From contig CAZRVK010000001.1 in NCBI GenBank assembly GCA_964603585.1, forward strand, positions 5,327 to 69,326: 64,000 nucleotides of DNA, read 5' to 3'. The stretch is from an uncultured Planctomycetales bacterium (GTDB lineage: Bacteria; Omnitrophota; Gorgyraeia; Gygaellales; Profunditerraquicolaceae). Within the stretch, counting starts at the first letter, position 1. Each line of letters begins with the position of its first letter. The notes beneath the pieces were generated by a model that was not told the DNA's origin, made no database searches, and saw only the letters and a program-made list of their open reading frames with translations. Below, piece by piece: positions 1 through 10,788 of this stretch. Made by a program: the position numbers and the translations under genes.

Positions 1-974
1 AAGGCAATACCCCTTTGATCTATGCCCCGGCATTAAGCCGTATAGCAGGCGGTAATATCGAAGTTTACCTAAAATATGAAGGCCTCAATCCTACCGGTTC
101 CTTTAAGGACCGAGGAATGACCATGGCAATCTCTAAAGCCTGCGAAGAGGGCTCTAAAGCCGTGATCTGCGCTTCAACCGGAAATACTTCAGCTTCGGCC
201 GCGGCATACGCCGCCAAGGCCGGATTGAAATGTGTAGTGCTTATTCCCAATGGCGCAATCGCGTTAGGTAAATTAAGCCAGGCGCTTATACATGGAGCAG
301 TGGTTTTAGCTATCGACGGCAATTTCGATAAAGCCCTTGAGCTGGTCAAAGAAATCTCCAGACAATATCCGATAACCATGGTTAATTCCTTAAACCCTTA
401 CCGGATTGAAGGACAAAAAACCGCCAGTTTTGAGATCTGCGAATCCTTGAATGCTGCCCCAGACTTTCAACTAATGCCGGTTGGCAACGCCGGGAATATT
501 ACCGCATACTGGAAAGGTTATAAGCAGTATAAAGCCCTCGGGAAAATAAATGCCCTGCCCCAAATGCTGGGTTTTCAGGCACAGGGTTCAGCACCTATAG
601 TAAAAGGGTACCCAATCAAACATCCGAAAACAATCGCAACGGCAATTAAGATCGGTAATCCAGCCAGTTGGAAACAAGCCGAAACTGCCCGCGATGAATC
701 AAACGGCTTAATTGAAGCGGTTTCCGATTCCCAAATCCTTAACGCATACAGGATCTTAGCAAAAAAAGAAGGGGTATTCGTTGAGCCAGCATCTGCCGCA
801 TCAATCGCCGGGCTTTTAAAGTTGTCAGCCGCCGGGTATTTCCCGAAAAAAGCCAGGATAGTCTGTATACTTACCGGGCACGGGCTCAAAGACCCTGATC
901 GGGCGATAAAAAGCGTAAAACCGCCAAAACTTCTGAAACCGGAGTTAAAGGCAATCTTGAAAGCAATTCAATAG
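1..974 (+). CDS. thrC: threonine synthase, 5'-truncated by window edge
   Basis: PLP-fold motif [20 protein letters not shown] and overall ThrC-like C-terminal region. The ORF runs off the window start. Confidence 0.85.
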   Translation, partial: GNTPLIYAPALSRIAGGNIEVYLKYEGLNPTGSFKDRGMTMAISKACEEGSKAVICASTGNTSASAAAYAAKAGLKCVVLIPNGAIALGKLSQALIHGAVVLAIDGNFDKALELVKEISRQYPITMVNSLNPYRIEGQKTASFEICESLNAAPDFQLMPVGNAGNITAYWKGYKQYKALGKINALPQMLGFQAQGSAPIVKGYPIKHPKTIATAIKIGNPASWKQAETARDESNGLIEAVSDSQILNAYRILAKKEGVFVEPASAASIAGLLKLSAAGYFPKKARIVCILTGHGLKDPDRAIKSVKPPKLLKPELKAILKAIQ

Positions 975-1019
975 CAATAAACTTAAGATCAATCTTTGGC
1001 TAAACAGATTTAGCAAACG

Positions 1020-1658
1020 ATGAGCAGTTTATATAACAAAAGGATATTGATCACTGCCGGTCCAACCTGGATCGCGATCGACAGCGTACGTGTGATCAGC
1101 AATATCGCAACAGGAGTTACCGGGATACTGCTTGCGCATCTGGCGCATAAAAATGGGGCAAATGTAACCTTATTGTTAGGGGCAGTGCCGTATCCCGAAA
1201 AACTGGACAGGGCCGTTAAAATACAGCGTTTTCAGTATTTCGATGAATTAAAACGCGCATTACTTATTGAGTTGCGCCGCAAAAATTACGATTGGGTAAT
1301 CCATTCTGCGGCGGTATCAGATTACAAGACAGCTGTGCCATCTAAGAACAAGATCAGTTCCCGGCTGAATCGTTTAACCTTAAAACTTGTGCCAACGGAA
1401 AAATTACTGGATCTTATCAAAAAGGCCGATCCCAGAATAAAGGTTGCCGCTTTTAAATTCGAAACCGGCACCGGCAAGCAAGAATTGATCCAAAAGGCAA
1501 GGTCTCTTCTTAGACGCACCCGGTCAGATATCGTAGTTGCCAATACGGCCTGCCGCGGTAAATATACCGCTTATATCCTAGAGGATGATAAGGTTACCAC
1601 ACCTATATTCTCGAAAAATAAAATGGTTTCTGCCTTACTTAAAAGAATAGGAGCCTGA
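1020..1658 (+). CDS. coaB: phosphopantothenate--cysteine ligase (stand-alone CoaB domain)
   Basis: N-terminal ILITAGPTWIAIDSVRVISNIATGVTG matches the CoaB/DFP C-terminal-domain signature. 212 aa with no CoaC flavoprotein part. Confidence 0.7.
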   Translation: MSSLYNKRILITAGPTWIAIDSVRVISNIATGVTGILLAHLAHKNGANVTLLLGAVPYPEKLDRAVKIQRFQYFDELKRALLIELRRKNYDWVIHSAAVSDYKTAVPSKNKISSRLNRLTLKLVPTEKLLDLIKKADPRIKVAAFKFETGTGKQELIQKARSLLRRTRSDIVVANTACRGKYTAYILEDDKVTTPIFSKNKMVSALLKRIGA

Positions 1659-1661
1659 ACC

Positions 1662-2393
1662 ATGGAAATCATGACCTTAAACGAAAAGAACCGGAAATTA
1701 TTAAAAGATTTCCTCACAGGACTTAAGAACACCTACTCCACTGACCTGATCTCAGTGATCATTTACGGCAGTGCTGCAGACGGAGAATTCATTGAATCAT
1801 TTTCAAACCTTGACCTTCTCATAGTGCTTAAGAACACGGATTTGCACAATCTAAGGAAGGCATACCCTCTTTTGCATAAATTGCCATTTAGAAAAATAAA
1901 CCCGATATTTATGACCGAGATAGAAATAAAAAACTCTCTGGATGTGTTCCCCATCGAGTTCCTCGACATGCAGTCAAACCACATCTGTTTGGACGGTAAA
2001 GATGTTTTAGAGGGGCTTGAAATCAACCTGAAAAACCTGCGTTTTCAATGCGAGCAAGAGCTTAAATCGAAATTGATCAATCTCAAACAGCAATATCTGC
2101 GTATCGGACAAGCCGATAAAACCGGATTAAGCACCTTGCTTTTTAAGAATTTCACCTCGGTCATGCATATCTTGCACAACATTATCCGGTTAAAAGGCAA
2201 AAATGTTTCTAACCGGCGGCAGGATATCCTCCGGGATGCGGCATTGGAATTACAGGTAAGTGTTACTACCTTTATCCGATTACTCGACATGAAAAAAGAC
2301 TATGCCACCTTGAACAGGCCCGAGCTGGAGAAACTTTTGTTCGATTATGTTTACGAACTGGAAAAAATAGTTGCGGCAATAGACCGATTATAA
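1662..2393 (+). CDS. nucleotidyltransferase-domain protein (Pol-beta superfamily) with helical C-terminal domain
   Basis: GS-x9-D-x-D type motif IIYGSAADGEF...SNLDLLIV. 243 aa and ATG-coupled to the coaB stop. Confidence 0.55.
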   Translation: MEIMTLNEKNRKLLKDFLTGLKNTYSTDLISVIIYGSAADGEFIESFSNLDLLIVLKNTDLHNLRKAYPLLHKLPFRKINPIFMTEIEIKNSLDVFPIEFLDMQSNHICLDGKDVLEGLEINLKNLRFQCEQELKSKLINLKQQYLRIGQADKTGLSTLLFKNFTSVMHILHNIIRLKGKNVSNRRQDILRDAALELQVSVTTFIRLLDMKKDYATLNRPELEKLLFDYVYELEKIVAAIDRL

Positions 2394-3271
2394 TGCCTAA
2401 ATTGATACTTTTATTGTTTTCATTCATCTGGATGGGATTAGCGCATGCCCAGGGCCTTCCTGCGCCGCAGGGTTGGGTAAATGATTTTGCCGAAGTATTA
2501 GACAATGAACAAAAGGCAAAGATTAGCGCGATAATCAATGAGATCGAAAATAAAACCTCTGCGGAAATAATCGTGGTAACCAGGGAATCCATTGCTCCAT
2601 TCGATGAGATTGAATATGCCCGAAAGCTATTTGACACATGGAAACCGGGGAAAAAAGGCAAGGATAACGGAATATTGTTGCTCCTGGCCGTAAAAGAAAG
2701 ACGCTGGCGTATCGAGACCGGTTATGGGATGGAAGGGATCTTACCCGACGGCCTTTGCGGCGAAATCGGGCGCAAATATATGGTGCCATATTTCAAGAAT
2801 CAGGAATACAGCCAAGGGTTATACTACGGGGTCACAGCTATTGCACAGGTGATCGCAAAAAATGCGAACATAAACTTAACCTATGCCGAAAACATCGGCG
2901 ACCCGGCAAAAAGTTCCGAACCCCCAGTTTTTCTTTATTTGTTTGCTTTCTTTTTCTTTTTCATCTGGAATCTTCCTTGGCCGGTATTCATCGGACTGCC
3001 ATTCACGCTCATATTCGCACTGGCATTCCTGAAAACATCATTATTGGCTTCGGCTCTTACAATGCTTGGATATATATGCTCAATGCTCTTTCGCTATCTT
3101 TATTGGAGCAAACTCCCCATTGAAGAAAGAAAGAGCCTTTGGAATACGCAAACCTACGGTGGATACGGAGGATACCGCGGGAGAGGATTCGGTTCGCAAG
3201 GATTCAGCCGGACTGGGGGAGGTTTTGGCGGTGGCTCTTCAGGTGGCGGCGGTGCCGGAGGCGGGTTTTAA
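2393..3271 (+). CDS. TPM (YgcG-like) domain membrane protein with Gly/Tyr/Arg-rich C-terminal tail
   Basis: Signal peptide, TPM-phosphatase-like core (GWVNDFA...ILLLLAVKERRWRIETGYG), TM segments, and a YGGYGGYRGRGFG...GGGAGGGF tail. Confidence 0.65.
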   Translation: MPKLILLLFSFIWMGLAHAQGLPAPQGWVNDFAEVLDNEQKAKISAIINEIENKTSAEIIVVTRESIAPFDEIEYARKLFDTWKPGKKGKDNGILLLLAVKERRWRIETGYGMEGILPDGLCGEIGRKYMVPYFKNQEYSQGLYYGVTAIAQVIAKNANINLTYAENIGDPAKSSEPPVFLYLFAFFFFFIWNLPWPVFIGLPFTLIFALAFLKTSLLASALTMLGYICSMLFRYLYWSKLPIEERKSLWNTQTYGGYGGYRGRGFGSQGFSRTGGGFGGGSSGGGGAGGGF

Positions 3272-3287
3272 AACAGGAGGCGATGAA

Positions 3288-3854
3288 ATGAAAAGTATTT
3301 TTACGGCAATAGGGATTATTTTATTTCTAATCGTAATTGTTATCGCAGGCGCAATTTCGGTTTACAACAATATCGTTACCCAGCATGAAACAATCACCGC
3401 AAAATGGGCCCAAGTGGAAAACCAGTTGCAAAGGCGAAATGACTTGATCCCAAACCTTGTGAATTCCGTTAAAGGTTACACAGCACATGAAAAAGATGTT
3501 TATGATAAAATAACTGCCGCCAGATCCAGCTGGTCAAAAGCCGGCACTTTGAGTGAAAAGGTAGCGGCTGCTCAAGCAACTGACAGCGCCCTATCCCGAT
3601 TGTTGGCGATAGCCGAAAGCAACCCCGAGCTAAAAGCAAACCAGAATTTTATGAAGTTGCAGGACGAACTAGCCGGAAGCGAAAACAGGATTGCTGTTGA
3701 ACGCATGCGCTATAACGAAGCGGTAAAAAATTATAATATTACGATACGCACCTTCCCGGGCAATATCCTTGCAGGAATGTTTGGATATGCAAGCGTTTCA
3801 GAATACTTCAAATCCCAGGAAGAGGCCAAATCAGTCCCAGAAGTCAAATTCTAA
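3288..3854 (+). CDS. lemA: LemA family protein
   Basis: N-terminal TM helix followed by the conserved LemA region (QVENQLQRRNDLIPNLV...RMRYNEAVKNYN). RBS AGGAGG at 3275-3280. I chose the ATG at 3288 inside the longer track ORF 3066-3854. Confidence 0.8.
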   Translation: MKSIFTAIGIILFLIVIVIAGAISVYNNIVTQHETITAKWAQVENQLQRRNDLIPNLVNSVKGYTAHEKDVYDKITAARSSWSKAGTLSEKVAAAQATDSALSRLLAIAESNPELKANQNFMKLQDELAGSENRIAVERMRYNEAVKNYNITIRTFPGNILAGMFGYASVSEYFKSQEEAKSVPEVKF

Positions 3855-3874
3855 GACATAAGCGGAAAGAGAAT

Positions 3875-5077
3875 ATGAAATACATAGTATTGGTCTGCGA
3901 TGGAATGGCGGATTATCCAGTAAAAGAGCTGGATGGACGTACTCCATTAGAAGCCGCAAAAACCCCTAATTTCGACCTTATTGCCAAATCTGGAGAATTA
4001 GGCAGAGTAAAGACAATCCCGGATAAAATGAGCCCTGCCTCGGATGTCGCCAATATTTCCATCTTAGGCTATGATCCCGCCGTCTATTACAGTGGACGCG
4101 GCCCGCTTGAAGCGGCCAATCTTGGGGTAAAATTAGAGGAGGGAGATGTTGCCTTTCGCTGTAATTTAATAACCGCTGGCCAGGATAAGATCATCGATTA
4201 CAGTGCCGGACATATCAGTTCCAATGAGGCCAAGATGCTGATCGAATCCCTTGATTCCAAAATAGGCAATGACACATTGAAATTTTATCCCGGGGTAAGC
4301 TACCGCCATTTACTGCTTTATAAGAATGGCGTACAAAAAAAACTGGAACAAATCTCCTGCCGGCCCCCGCACGACATTACCGGACAAAGTATATCGGAAA
4401 ACTTACCGAAAGGAGAAAATTCGCAGATTCTAATAGACCTGATGCAAGAATCCCGAAAAATACTCCAGGATCATGAAATAAACCACGTGCGCATAGACTT
4501 AAACGAAAATCCCGCGAACATGATCTGGCTCTGGGGCCAGGGCAAAAGCCCAAGCATGCCTTCATTTCTCGATAAATACGGGCTTAAAGGGAGCGTTATT
4601 TCCGCAGTTGACCTGATAAAGGGGCTGGGCAGGATAATAGGACTTAATGTGATAAACGTTATCGGGGCGACCGGATATTATGATACAAATTATGCCGGAA
4701 AGGCCCAGGCGGCATTGAAATCACTGGAGAAAAATGATTTTGTCTTTATACATGTCGAAGCCCCGGACGAAGCCGGCCACAATGGCGACCTGCGTGAGAA
4801 AATAACCGCTATTGAAAGATGCGATCAAATGATCCTTGAACCGGTATTAAAAGCATTCAAACATAAGCCTAACTTTAGGGTCATGGTATTACCGGATCAT
4901 GCCACTCCGGTTTCCTTAAGAACTCATACTTCCGATACAGTTTGTTTCGGAATATATGGAAAAGGCATTGTCAGCAAGGGGTTTGCCAATTTTAGCGAAA
5001 GAGAAGCCGCAAACTCCCAGCTTTATTTCGACCAAGGCCATAAATTAATGGGGTATTTTATAAATCAGTCAAACTAA
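3875..5077 (+). CDS. ApgM-type (archaeal cofactor-independent phosphoglycerate mutase family) protein, putative non-orthologous homoserine kinase
   Basis: MKYIVLVCDGMADYP N-terminus and metalloenzyme-superfamily layout typical of ApgM. It sits between thrC and lysC, where ApgM homologs have been shown to act as homoserine kinase. Confidence 0.7.
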   Translation: MKYIVLVCDGMADYPVKELDGRTPLEAAKTPNFDLIAKSGELGRVKTIPDKMSPASDVANISILGYDPAVYYSGRGPLEAANLGVKLEEGDVAFRCNLITAGQDKIIDYSAGHISSNEAKMLIESLDSKIGNDTLKFYPGVSYRHLLLYKNGVQKKLEQISCRPPHDITGQSISENLPKGENSQILIDLMQESRKILQDHEINHVRIDLNENPANMIWLWGQGKSPSMPSFLDKYGLKGSVISAVDLIKGLGRIIGLNVINVIGATGYYDTNYAGKAQAALKSLEKNDFVFIHVEAPDEAGHNGDLREKITAIERCDQMILEPVLKAFKHKPNFRVMVLPDHATPVSLRTHTSDTVCFGIYGKGIVSKGFANFSEREAANSQLYFDQGHKLMGYFINQSN

Positions 5078-5121
5078 AACCAGCAATCAATCGCAGTTGA
5101 ACAGACCTTAGGAGTTATTAA

Positions 5122-6342
5122 ATGGAAAAAAAACTGATCGTACAAAAATACGGAGGGTCTTCGGTCGCAAACGTCGAACGCATCCAGAATGTCGCGCATC
5201 GGGTGGCTGAATACAAGAAGAATAATAACCATCTTGTGGTTGTAGTTTCTGCTTTAGGAGACACTACCGACGAATTGATCGAGCTGGCGGCCCAAATAAA
5301 CACCGAGCCTTCCGACCGGGAAATGGACATGCTTCTATCGACCGGAGAGCAAATTTCCGTGGCGCTTTTAGCCATGGCACTGCATAAATTAGGATATGAG
5401 GCAATCTCCTTTACCGGCGCGCAAGTCGGTATTATTACGGATACCCATCATACCAAAGCAAGAATCATCAAAATAAATGCCGATAAGATACGCGATGAGC
5501 TAAAAAAGGGAAAAATCGTCATTGTCGCTGGTTTTCAGGGTGTTACCCTCACCCAGGACATCACCACCTTAGGCCGCGGGGGATCGGATCTTACCGCGGT
5601 AGCACTCGCCAAGGAACTCAAGGCTGACGCATGTGAAATCTATACTGATGTCGAAGGCATTTATACAACCGACCCGCGGATCGAGCCAAAAGCAAAGAAG
5701 ATAAGCGCAATAACTTATGATGAAATGCTGGAGATGGCCTCTTTAGGCGCACAGGTAATGCAGGCGCGTTCAATTGAAGTCGCAAAGAAATTCAATGTTC
5801 CAATACATGTCCGTTCTTCGCTGTCCAAAAATCCAGGAACCATGATCATACAGGAGGTTAAACAAATGGAAGAAGTAGTGGTTAATGCGGTAACCGTAAA
5901 TAAGAATGAATCCAAGATCACCATCTGCAACGTTCCCGATCATCCTGGGGCAGCGGCTGTAATATTTACAGAACTGGCCCGCTCCGGTATCAGTGTCGAT
6001 ATGATCGTACAAAACGTCAGTCATTTGCGCCAAACCGACATTTCATTCACCGTGGCAAAAGCCGATGCGCCAAAGACCATTAAACTCGCTAAAAAAATCG
6101 CCATGGAGATAAAGGCCGGGGATGTCCTGCAAGATGATGACGTTGCGCGCGTTTCAATAGTCGGAGTGGGAATGAAATCACACCCCGGAGTAGCCGCCAC
6201 CATGTTTGAGGCACTGGCAAAACAAAAGATAAATATCGAAATGATCTCTACTTCCGATATTAGCATCTCTTGTATCTTTAAAAAGAAATTTGCCGATGCG
6301 GCCGTCCGTTCGCTGCATGAAAAATTTGCCTTAGGCAAATAA
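5122..6342 (+). CDS. lysC: aspartate kinase
   Basis: KYGGSSVANVERIQNVAHRV N-terminus, the amino-acid kinase fold, and two C-terminal ACT-like regions. Confidence 0.9.
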   Translation: MEKKLIVQKYGGSSVANVERIQNVAHRVAEYKKNNNHLVVVVSALGDTTDELIELAAQINTEPSDREMDMLLSTGEQISVALLAMALHKLGYEAISFTGAQVGIITDTHHTKARIIKINADKIRDELKKGKIVIVAGFQGVTLTQDITTLGRGGSDLTAVALAKELKADACEIYTDVEGIYTTDPRIEPKAKKISAITYDEMLEMASLGAQVMQARSIEVAKKFNVPIHVRSSLSKNPGTMIIQEVKQMEEVVVNAVTVNKNESKITICNVPDHPGAAAVIFTELARSGISVDMIVQNVSHLRQTDISFTVAKADAPKTIKLAKKIAMEIKAGDVLQDDDVARVSIVGVGMKSHPGVAATMFEALAKQKINIEMISTSDISISCIFKKKFADAAVRSLHEKFALGK

Positions 6343-6351
6343 GGAGCATAT

Positions 6352-7920
6352 ATGCCGGAAATCAAATTATACGATACCACCTTACGTGACGGCTCGCAAG
6401 CCGAAGGAATATCTTACTCGGTAACCGATAAAATAAACATCGCCTTAGCCTTGGATAAATTAGGCATCCATTATATCGAAGGGGGCTGGCCGGGATCAAA
6501 CCCAAAGGATATGGAATTCTTTCTTTCCATTTCAAATAAACACCTAAAGAATTCCCAAATTGTTGCCTTTAGTATGACCAGACGACCCAATACCAGCACA
6601 GAACAGGATGCAAGCCTGAAGGCATTGCTTAAATCAAAAGCTCAAATCGCCACGATCGTAGGCAAAACCTGGGACCTGCATATCCGAGATGTCTTAAAAA
6701 CATCACTTGAGGAAAATCTCAAGATGATCGAAGACACTATTTCTTTTTTATCGGCAAAAGGCCTCGATGTTTTTTATGATGCTGAACATTTTTTCGATGC
6801 CTACCAGGAAAATAAGGAATATTCTTTAAAATGCCTGCATAAGGCCGCCGAGTGCGGGGCAAAGTATATTTGCCTTTGCGATACCAACGGAGGGGCACTT
6901 CCTTCACAGATCATAAAAGTAGTTACCGAGCTAAAAAAAACAATAAAAACCCCGCTGGGGATCCACTGCCATAATGATGCTGGGCTTGCTGTTGCAAATT
7001 CCATCTCTGCCGTAGAATATGGCTGCTCCATGGTCCAAGGGACGATAAACGGTTATGGTGAACGCTGCGGTAACGCGGATCTTGTGCCAATAATTGCCAA
7101 TTTATCCCTTAAACTCGGAATAAAATGCATATCTCCAGAGAATCTCAAGGAGCTAACGCATGTTTCTCATTTTATCAGTGAGGTCAGTAATATGCGCCTT
7201 AAGAATGAACAGCCTTATACCGGTGAATCAGCTTTTGCGCACAAAGGGGGAATGCACATAAATGCAGTTATGAAAAACCCGAGGACTTATGAACATATCG
7301 ACCCTGCTTTAGTAGGAAACCACCGCCGGATGTTAATATCAGAACTTGGCGGCAAAACCGGGATACTGCTTAGGGCAAAAAGCCTCGAACTCGATCTAAG
7401 CAAAAATGACCCAAAAACACAAAAGATCCTGGCGCTGGTCCAAAAACTGGAACATGAAGGGTATCACTTTGAAGCCGCTGAAGCATCCTTTGAATTATTG
7501 ATGAAAAAAGCTTTAAAGAAATACAAAAAGTTCTTCGTCCTAGAAGGATTTAAAGTGGTGATCGAAAAACAATCGAATAAAAAGATCACGTCTGAAGCGA
7601 TCATTAAAGTTAACGTTCTTGGATCACGGCAACACACCGCAGCCGAAGGTGACGGCCCGGTAAACGCCCTGGATAACGCACTGCGAAAAGCCCTGCTTGA
7701 GTTCTACCCATTATTGTCAAAAATGCACCTGACCGACTTCAAGGTGCGCGTACTGGATGAAAAAGCCGGCACCGGGGCTAAAGTCCGGGTACTCATCCAG
7801 TCTCAAGATGGAACAGACTCCTGGAACACGATCGGCGTATCCGAAAATATCATTGAGGCCAGCTGGCAGGCTTTAGTCGACAGTGTAGAATATAAGCTCT
7901 TAAAGGATAAAACTGTTTAG
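6352..7920 (+). CDS. cimA: (R)-citramalate synthase / 2-isopropylmalate synthase family
   Basis: N-terminal [14 protein letters not shown] (HMGL-like TIM barrel) and a C-terminal LeuA-dimer regulatory domain. 522 aa fits CimA. Confidence 0.7.
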   Translation: MPEIKLYDTTLRDGSQAEGISYSVTDKINIALALDKLGIHYIEGGWPGSNPKDMEFFLSISNKHLKNSQIVAFSMTRRPNTSTEQDASLKALLKSKAQIATIVGKTWDLHIRDVLKTSLEENLKMIEDTISFLSAKGLDVFYDAEHFFDAYQENKEYSLKCLHKAAECGAKYICLCDTNGGALPSQIIKVVTELKKTIKTPLGIHCHNDAGLAVANSISAVEYGCSMVQGTINGYGERCGNADLVPIIANLSLKLGIKCISPENLKELTHVSHFISEVSNMRLKNEQPYTGESAFAHKGGMHINAVMKNPRTYEHIDPALVGNHRRMLISELGGKTGILLRAKSLELDLSKNDPKTQKILALVQKLEHEGYHFEAAEASFELLMKKALKKYKKFFVLEGFKVVIEKQSNKKITSEAIIKVNVLGSRQHTAAEGDGPVNALDNALRKALLEFYPLLSKMHLTDFKVRVLDEKAGTGAKVRVLIQSQDGTDSWNTIGVSENIIEASWQALVDSVEYKLLKDKTV

Positions 7921-8125
7921 CTCAAATAATAGCAAGAATGGATTTTAAACCGGCATCCCCAAAAAAGCCTAATCCCTATATCGAGATTTACATTGATGAA
8001 GAGGGGACGATATTGTTTACCCCGGTCACCAATTCTACAATCAACGTGCTGAAAACAATAATAGACCAACCAGAAGCCCTGCCGGTAACCTATTGCGGAT
8101 AGGCAAATCTTAAGGAGACAAATCC

Positions 8126-9673
8126 ATGGAAACCCGTTCAGACAAGGAAATTGATCTTTTAGTTAGATCACGCTATCCCTTGATCTATATCGTAAGCTGG
8201 GAAGAATCCCGGGTGCTCGAAAAGATCAAAACCATGTCCGAGCGCCACCAAAAGAAACTTTTAGTCTGGTCTACAACAAGAGGGATATTTACCCCTGAAG
8301 ACGGGCCTGAAAAAATAAACGAGGCGACCCGAGACCCTCTGAATGCGTTGAATCACATAGAGAAGTTCCCGGATCCGGCAATTTTTGTTTTCCTGGACTT
8401 CCATCCGTTTTTAGGCGACCAAACCGTGATCAGAAAACTGCGGGACCTGGTTTCAAACCTCAAGGGAACATATGAAACACTGATGATCCTTTCGCCGGTA
8501 TTAACCGTGCCGGTTGAATTGGAAAAAGACCTGTCGATTATTGATTATGACCTTCCGGATTATACCGAGATAAATGAATTGCTGGAGGCAATCCTACAGG
8601 TCGTCTCCAAGAATGAACAAATACAGATTGAACTGAATCCGCAAGACAGGGAAAAACTGGTAAAGGCATCACTTGGGCTAACCCGTTCAGAAGCAGAAAA
8701 TGCCTTTGCCAGAGTTATTGTAGAAGACAAAAGGTTGACCGTAAATGACGTGGAAAAGGTATTAGAGGAGAAAAAACAGGCGATCCGCAAAAGTAAACTG
8801 CTCGAATATTATGAATCAAAAGAGGAATTTGCTAACGTCGGAGGCCTTGATATCCTAAAGGATTGGCTTTTTACGCGAAGCTCTGCTTTTACCCAGCGCG
8901 CCCAGTCTTTCGGGCTACCCCAGCCAAAAGGGATAATGCTCCTGGGCGTACAGGGCTGCGGTAAAAGCCTGACGGCAAAAGCTGTTGCCAGTCTTTGGAA
9001 ACTACCTTTATTACGCCTGGATATTGGCGCGGTTTTCAGCGGGATCGTAGGCTCTTCCGAAGAAAACATGCGCAAAGCCATAAAAACCGCCGAAAACCTT
9101 GCCCCAATCATCCTCTGGATAGATGAGATCGAAAAAGGTTTATCCGGAGTGCAAAGTTCTTCATTTTCCGATGCCGGAACAGCTTCCAGAGTATTTAGCA
9201 CATTCTTAACCTGGCTTCAGGAAAAAACTGCCCCGGTATTCGTAATTGCTACCGCCAATAATATCCAGCAGCTCCCCCCTGAACTGCTGCGCAAAGGCAG
9301 ATTTGACGAGATTTTCTTTGTTGACCTGCCTTCATTAGAAGAACGCAAGGAAATATTCTCTATTCATATCAAAAAGAAAAAAAGGAGCCCGGAGCAATTC
9401 GACCTGCAAGCTCTGGCGGCGCAAAGCGATGGTTTCAGCGGAGCGGAAATTGAGCAAGCAATCGTCTCTTCACTATACGATGCCTTTATCAATAACCTTG
9501 ACATTACAACTGCCGGCATTCAGAAAAGTCTGAAAGAGGCCGTGCCCTTATCAACAACCATGAAGGAACAAATAGACCAGACCCGCGAATGGGCAAAATA
9601 CCGGGCACGCCCTACAAGCAGTGCAGGCGCAAAGAATATATCATTAAATAGCGGGCTAAAACTGGAATTTTAA
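8126..9673 (+). CDS. AAA+ ATPase, Ycf46-like (N-terminal alpha/beta domain plus classic AAA module)
   Basis: Walker [16 protein letters not shown], Walker [11 protein letters not shown], and second-region-of-homology-like [21 protein letters not shown]. The N-terminal region starting [12 protein letters not shown] is typical of Ycf46. Confidence 0.75.
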   Translation: METRSDKEIDLLVRSRYPLIYIVSWEESRVLEKIKTMSERHQKKLLVWSTTRGIFTPEDGPEKINEATRDPLNALNHIEKFPDPAIFVFLDFHPFLGDQTVIRKLRDLVSNLKGTYETLMILSPVLTVPVELEKDLSIIDYDLPDYTEINELLEAILQVVSKNEQIQIELNPQDREKLVKASLGLTRSEAENAFARVIVEDKRLTVNDVEKVLEEKKQAIRKSKLLEYYESKEEFANVGGLDILKDWLFTRSSAFTQRAQSFGLPQPKGIMLLGVQGCGKSLTAKAVASLWKLPLLRLDIGAVFSGIVGSSEENMRKAIKTAENLAPIILWIDEIEKGLSGVQSSSFSDAGTASRVFSTFLTWLQEKTAPVFVIATANNIQQLPPELLRKGRFDEIFFVDLPSLEERKEIFSIHIKKKKRSPEQFDLQALAAQSDGFSGAEIEQAIVSSLYDAFINNLDITTAGIQKSLKEAVPLSTTMKEQIDQTREWAKYRARPTSSAGAKNISLNSGLKLEF

Positions 9674-10374
9674 TGCTGAAGAAGATCCGTAAACGTTTTG
9701 AGAAAATTGAAAGTTCAGCAATCTATTTCAGAAATGATAGCGCAGAGCTGAAAAAATCAAAACGTTTTGAATGCCTGGAGATCGGCACGCGCAAGATAGA
9801 AATTGCCATTACCGATAAGATCTCTGCTATAGAAACCGCGCCGGATGAAATAAATTACTACGTTTTCTGCCCGTACTGTGGGAAAGAGAACCTGGCAATC
9901 TCAAAAACCTGCACCGGATGCAAACACTCTTTGGAAAGCAAATTGGCGGATAAATTCAATCGTACAACATCCCTGTTAAGAAAATGCACAGTTTGCCAGG
10001 CCATGAACACGAAGGGGCGGGAATTTTGTTGGGTTTGCGGGAAGAATTTACTTCACGATGCCCAACTAAATCCAGAAACAAAAAGTGATAATGTCATAAT
10101 CCTGAATCTTGATGGGGCTGAATACAGATCAACCGATACAAACCTGCCACTTGATGTAAAGGAGTTAATGGAGCAAATACGCCACCAAGGATATAAAAAA
10201 GAACTGATCGATGCCTGGATTTCAAATAAAGGCGGCAAAAATGATGATAAACTGGAGGGATTAAAACAGCAAATCGACCGGACGCAAACAGAATTCACAA
10301 GACGGCTTGTCGGGCTGATTATCGGAGGCGCAATCTTATTGATCTATATTATCTTAAGAATAAGCGGTTGTTAA
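9673..10374 (+). CDS. double zinc-ribbon protein with C-terminal TM anchor
   Basis: Two CxxC-x(n)-CxxC clusters (CPYCGKEN...CTGCKH and CTVCQAMN...CWVCGKN) and a hydrophobic C-terminus LVGLIIGGAILLIYIIL. The start overlaps the AAA stop (ATGA). Confidence 0.55.
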   Translation: MLKKIRKRFEKIESSAIYFRNDSAELKKSKRFECLEIGTRKIEIAITDKISAIETAPDEINYYVFCPYCGKENLAISKTCTGCKHSLESKLADKFNRTTSLLRKCTVCQAMNTKGREFCWVCGKNLLHDAQLNPETKSDNVIILNLDGAEYRSTDTNLPLDVKELMEQIRHQGYKKELIDAWISNKGGKNDDKLEGLKQQIDRTQTEFTRRLVGLIIGGAILLIYIILRISGC

Positions 10375-10386
10375 AAAGGAGATGCT

Positions 10387-10776
10387 ATGTCTTCAGGGGC
10401 GCATATAATCACTACCATAATGGAACTGATCGAGTTAAAGAACACACTTAACCAGTTAAAGGCCCAATATGAGGAAGTAAAAACCATGACTACCTGCGAT
10501 GGGATAAAACATAATGTCGAGATTATCATCAAAGACCCGAACGGGCGCAATATCGGCGTACAAAAATCCAAATCCGGCGAATACCAGTTCATCACCGATA
10601 CTACCGGACTAAAACCTAAAGATTTAAAAGCGCAAAATAAATTTGTTAATGCAATAAAACAGAAATATGCATATAATAAAGTGATCGCAGAGTTAAAACG
10701 GCAGGGTTATCAGATCGCGCAAGAGCAAAAAGTTGAGAACGATACTATAAAGCTGGTAGCCAGAAGGTGGAAGTAA
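10387..10776 (+). CDS. DUF1257 (Ycf35-like) protein
   Basis: C-terminal YAYNKVIAELKRQGYQIAQEQKVENDTIKLVARRW matches the DUF1257 consensus as I remember it. RBS AAGGAG lies upstream. Confidence 0.6.
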   Translation: MSSGAHIITTIMELIELKNTLNQLKAQYEEVKTMTTCDGIKHNVEIIIKDPNGRNIGVQKSKSGEYQFITDTTGLKPKDLKAQNKFVNAIKQKYAYNKVIAELKRQGYQIAQEQKVENDTIKLVARRWK

Positions 10777-10788
10777 AGGAGATCGATC

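Noticed and set aside
2755-3287. Track ORFs 2755-3123 and the 5' part of 3066-3854
   Set aside because: These are alternative frames overlapping the TPM-domain CDS. The LemA gene starts at the ATG at 3288, which follows an AGGAGG RBS.
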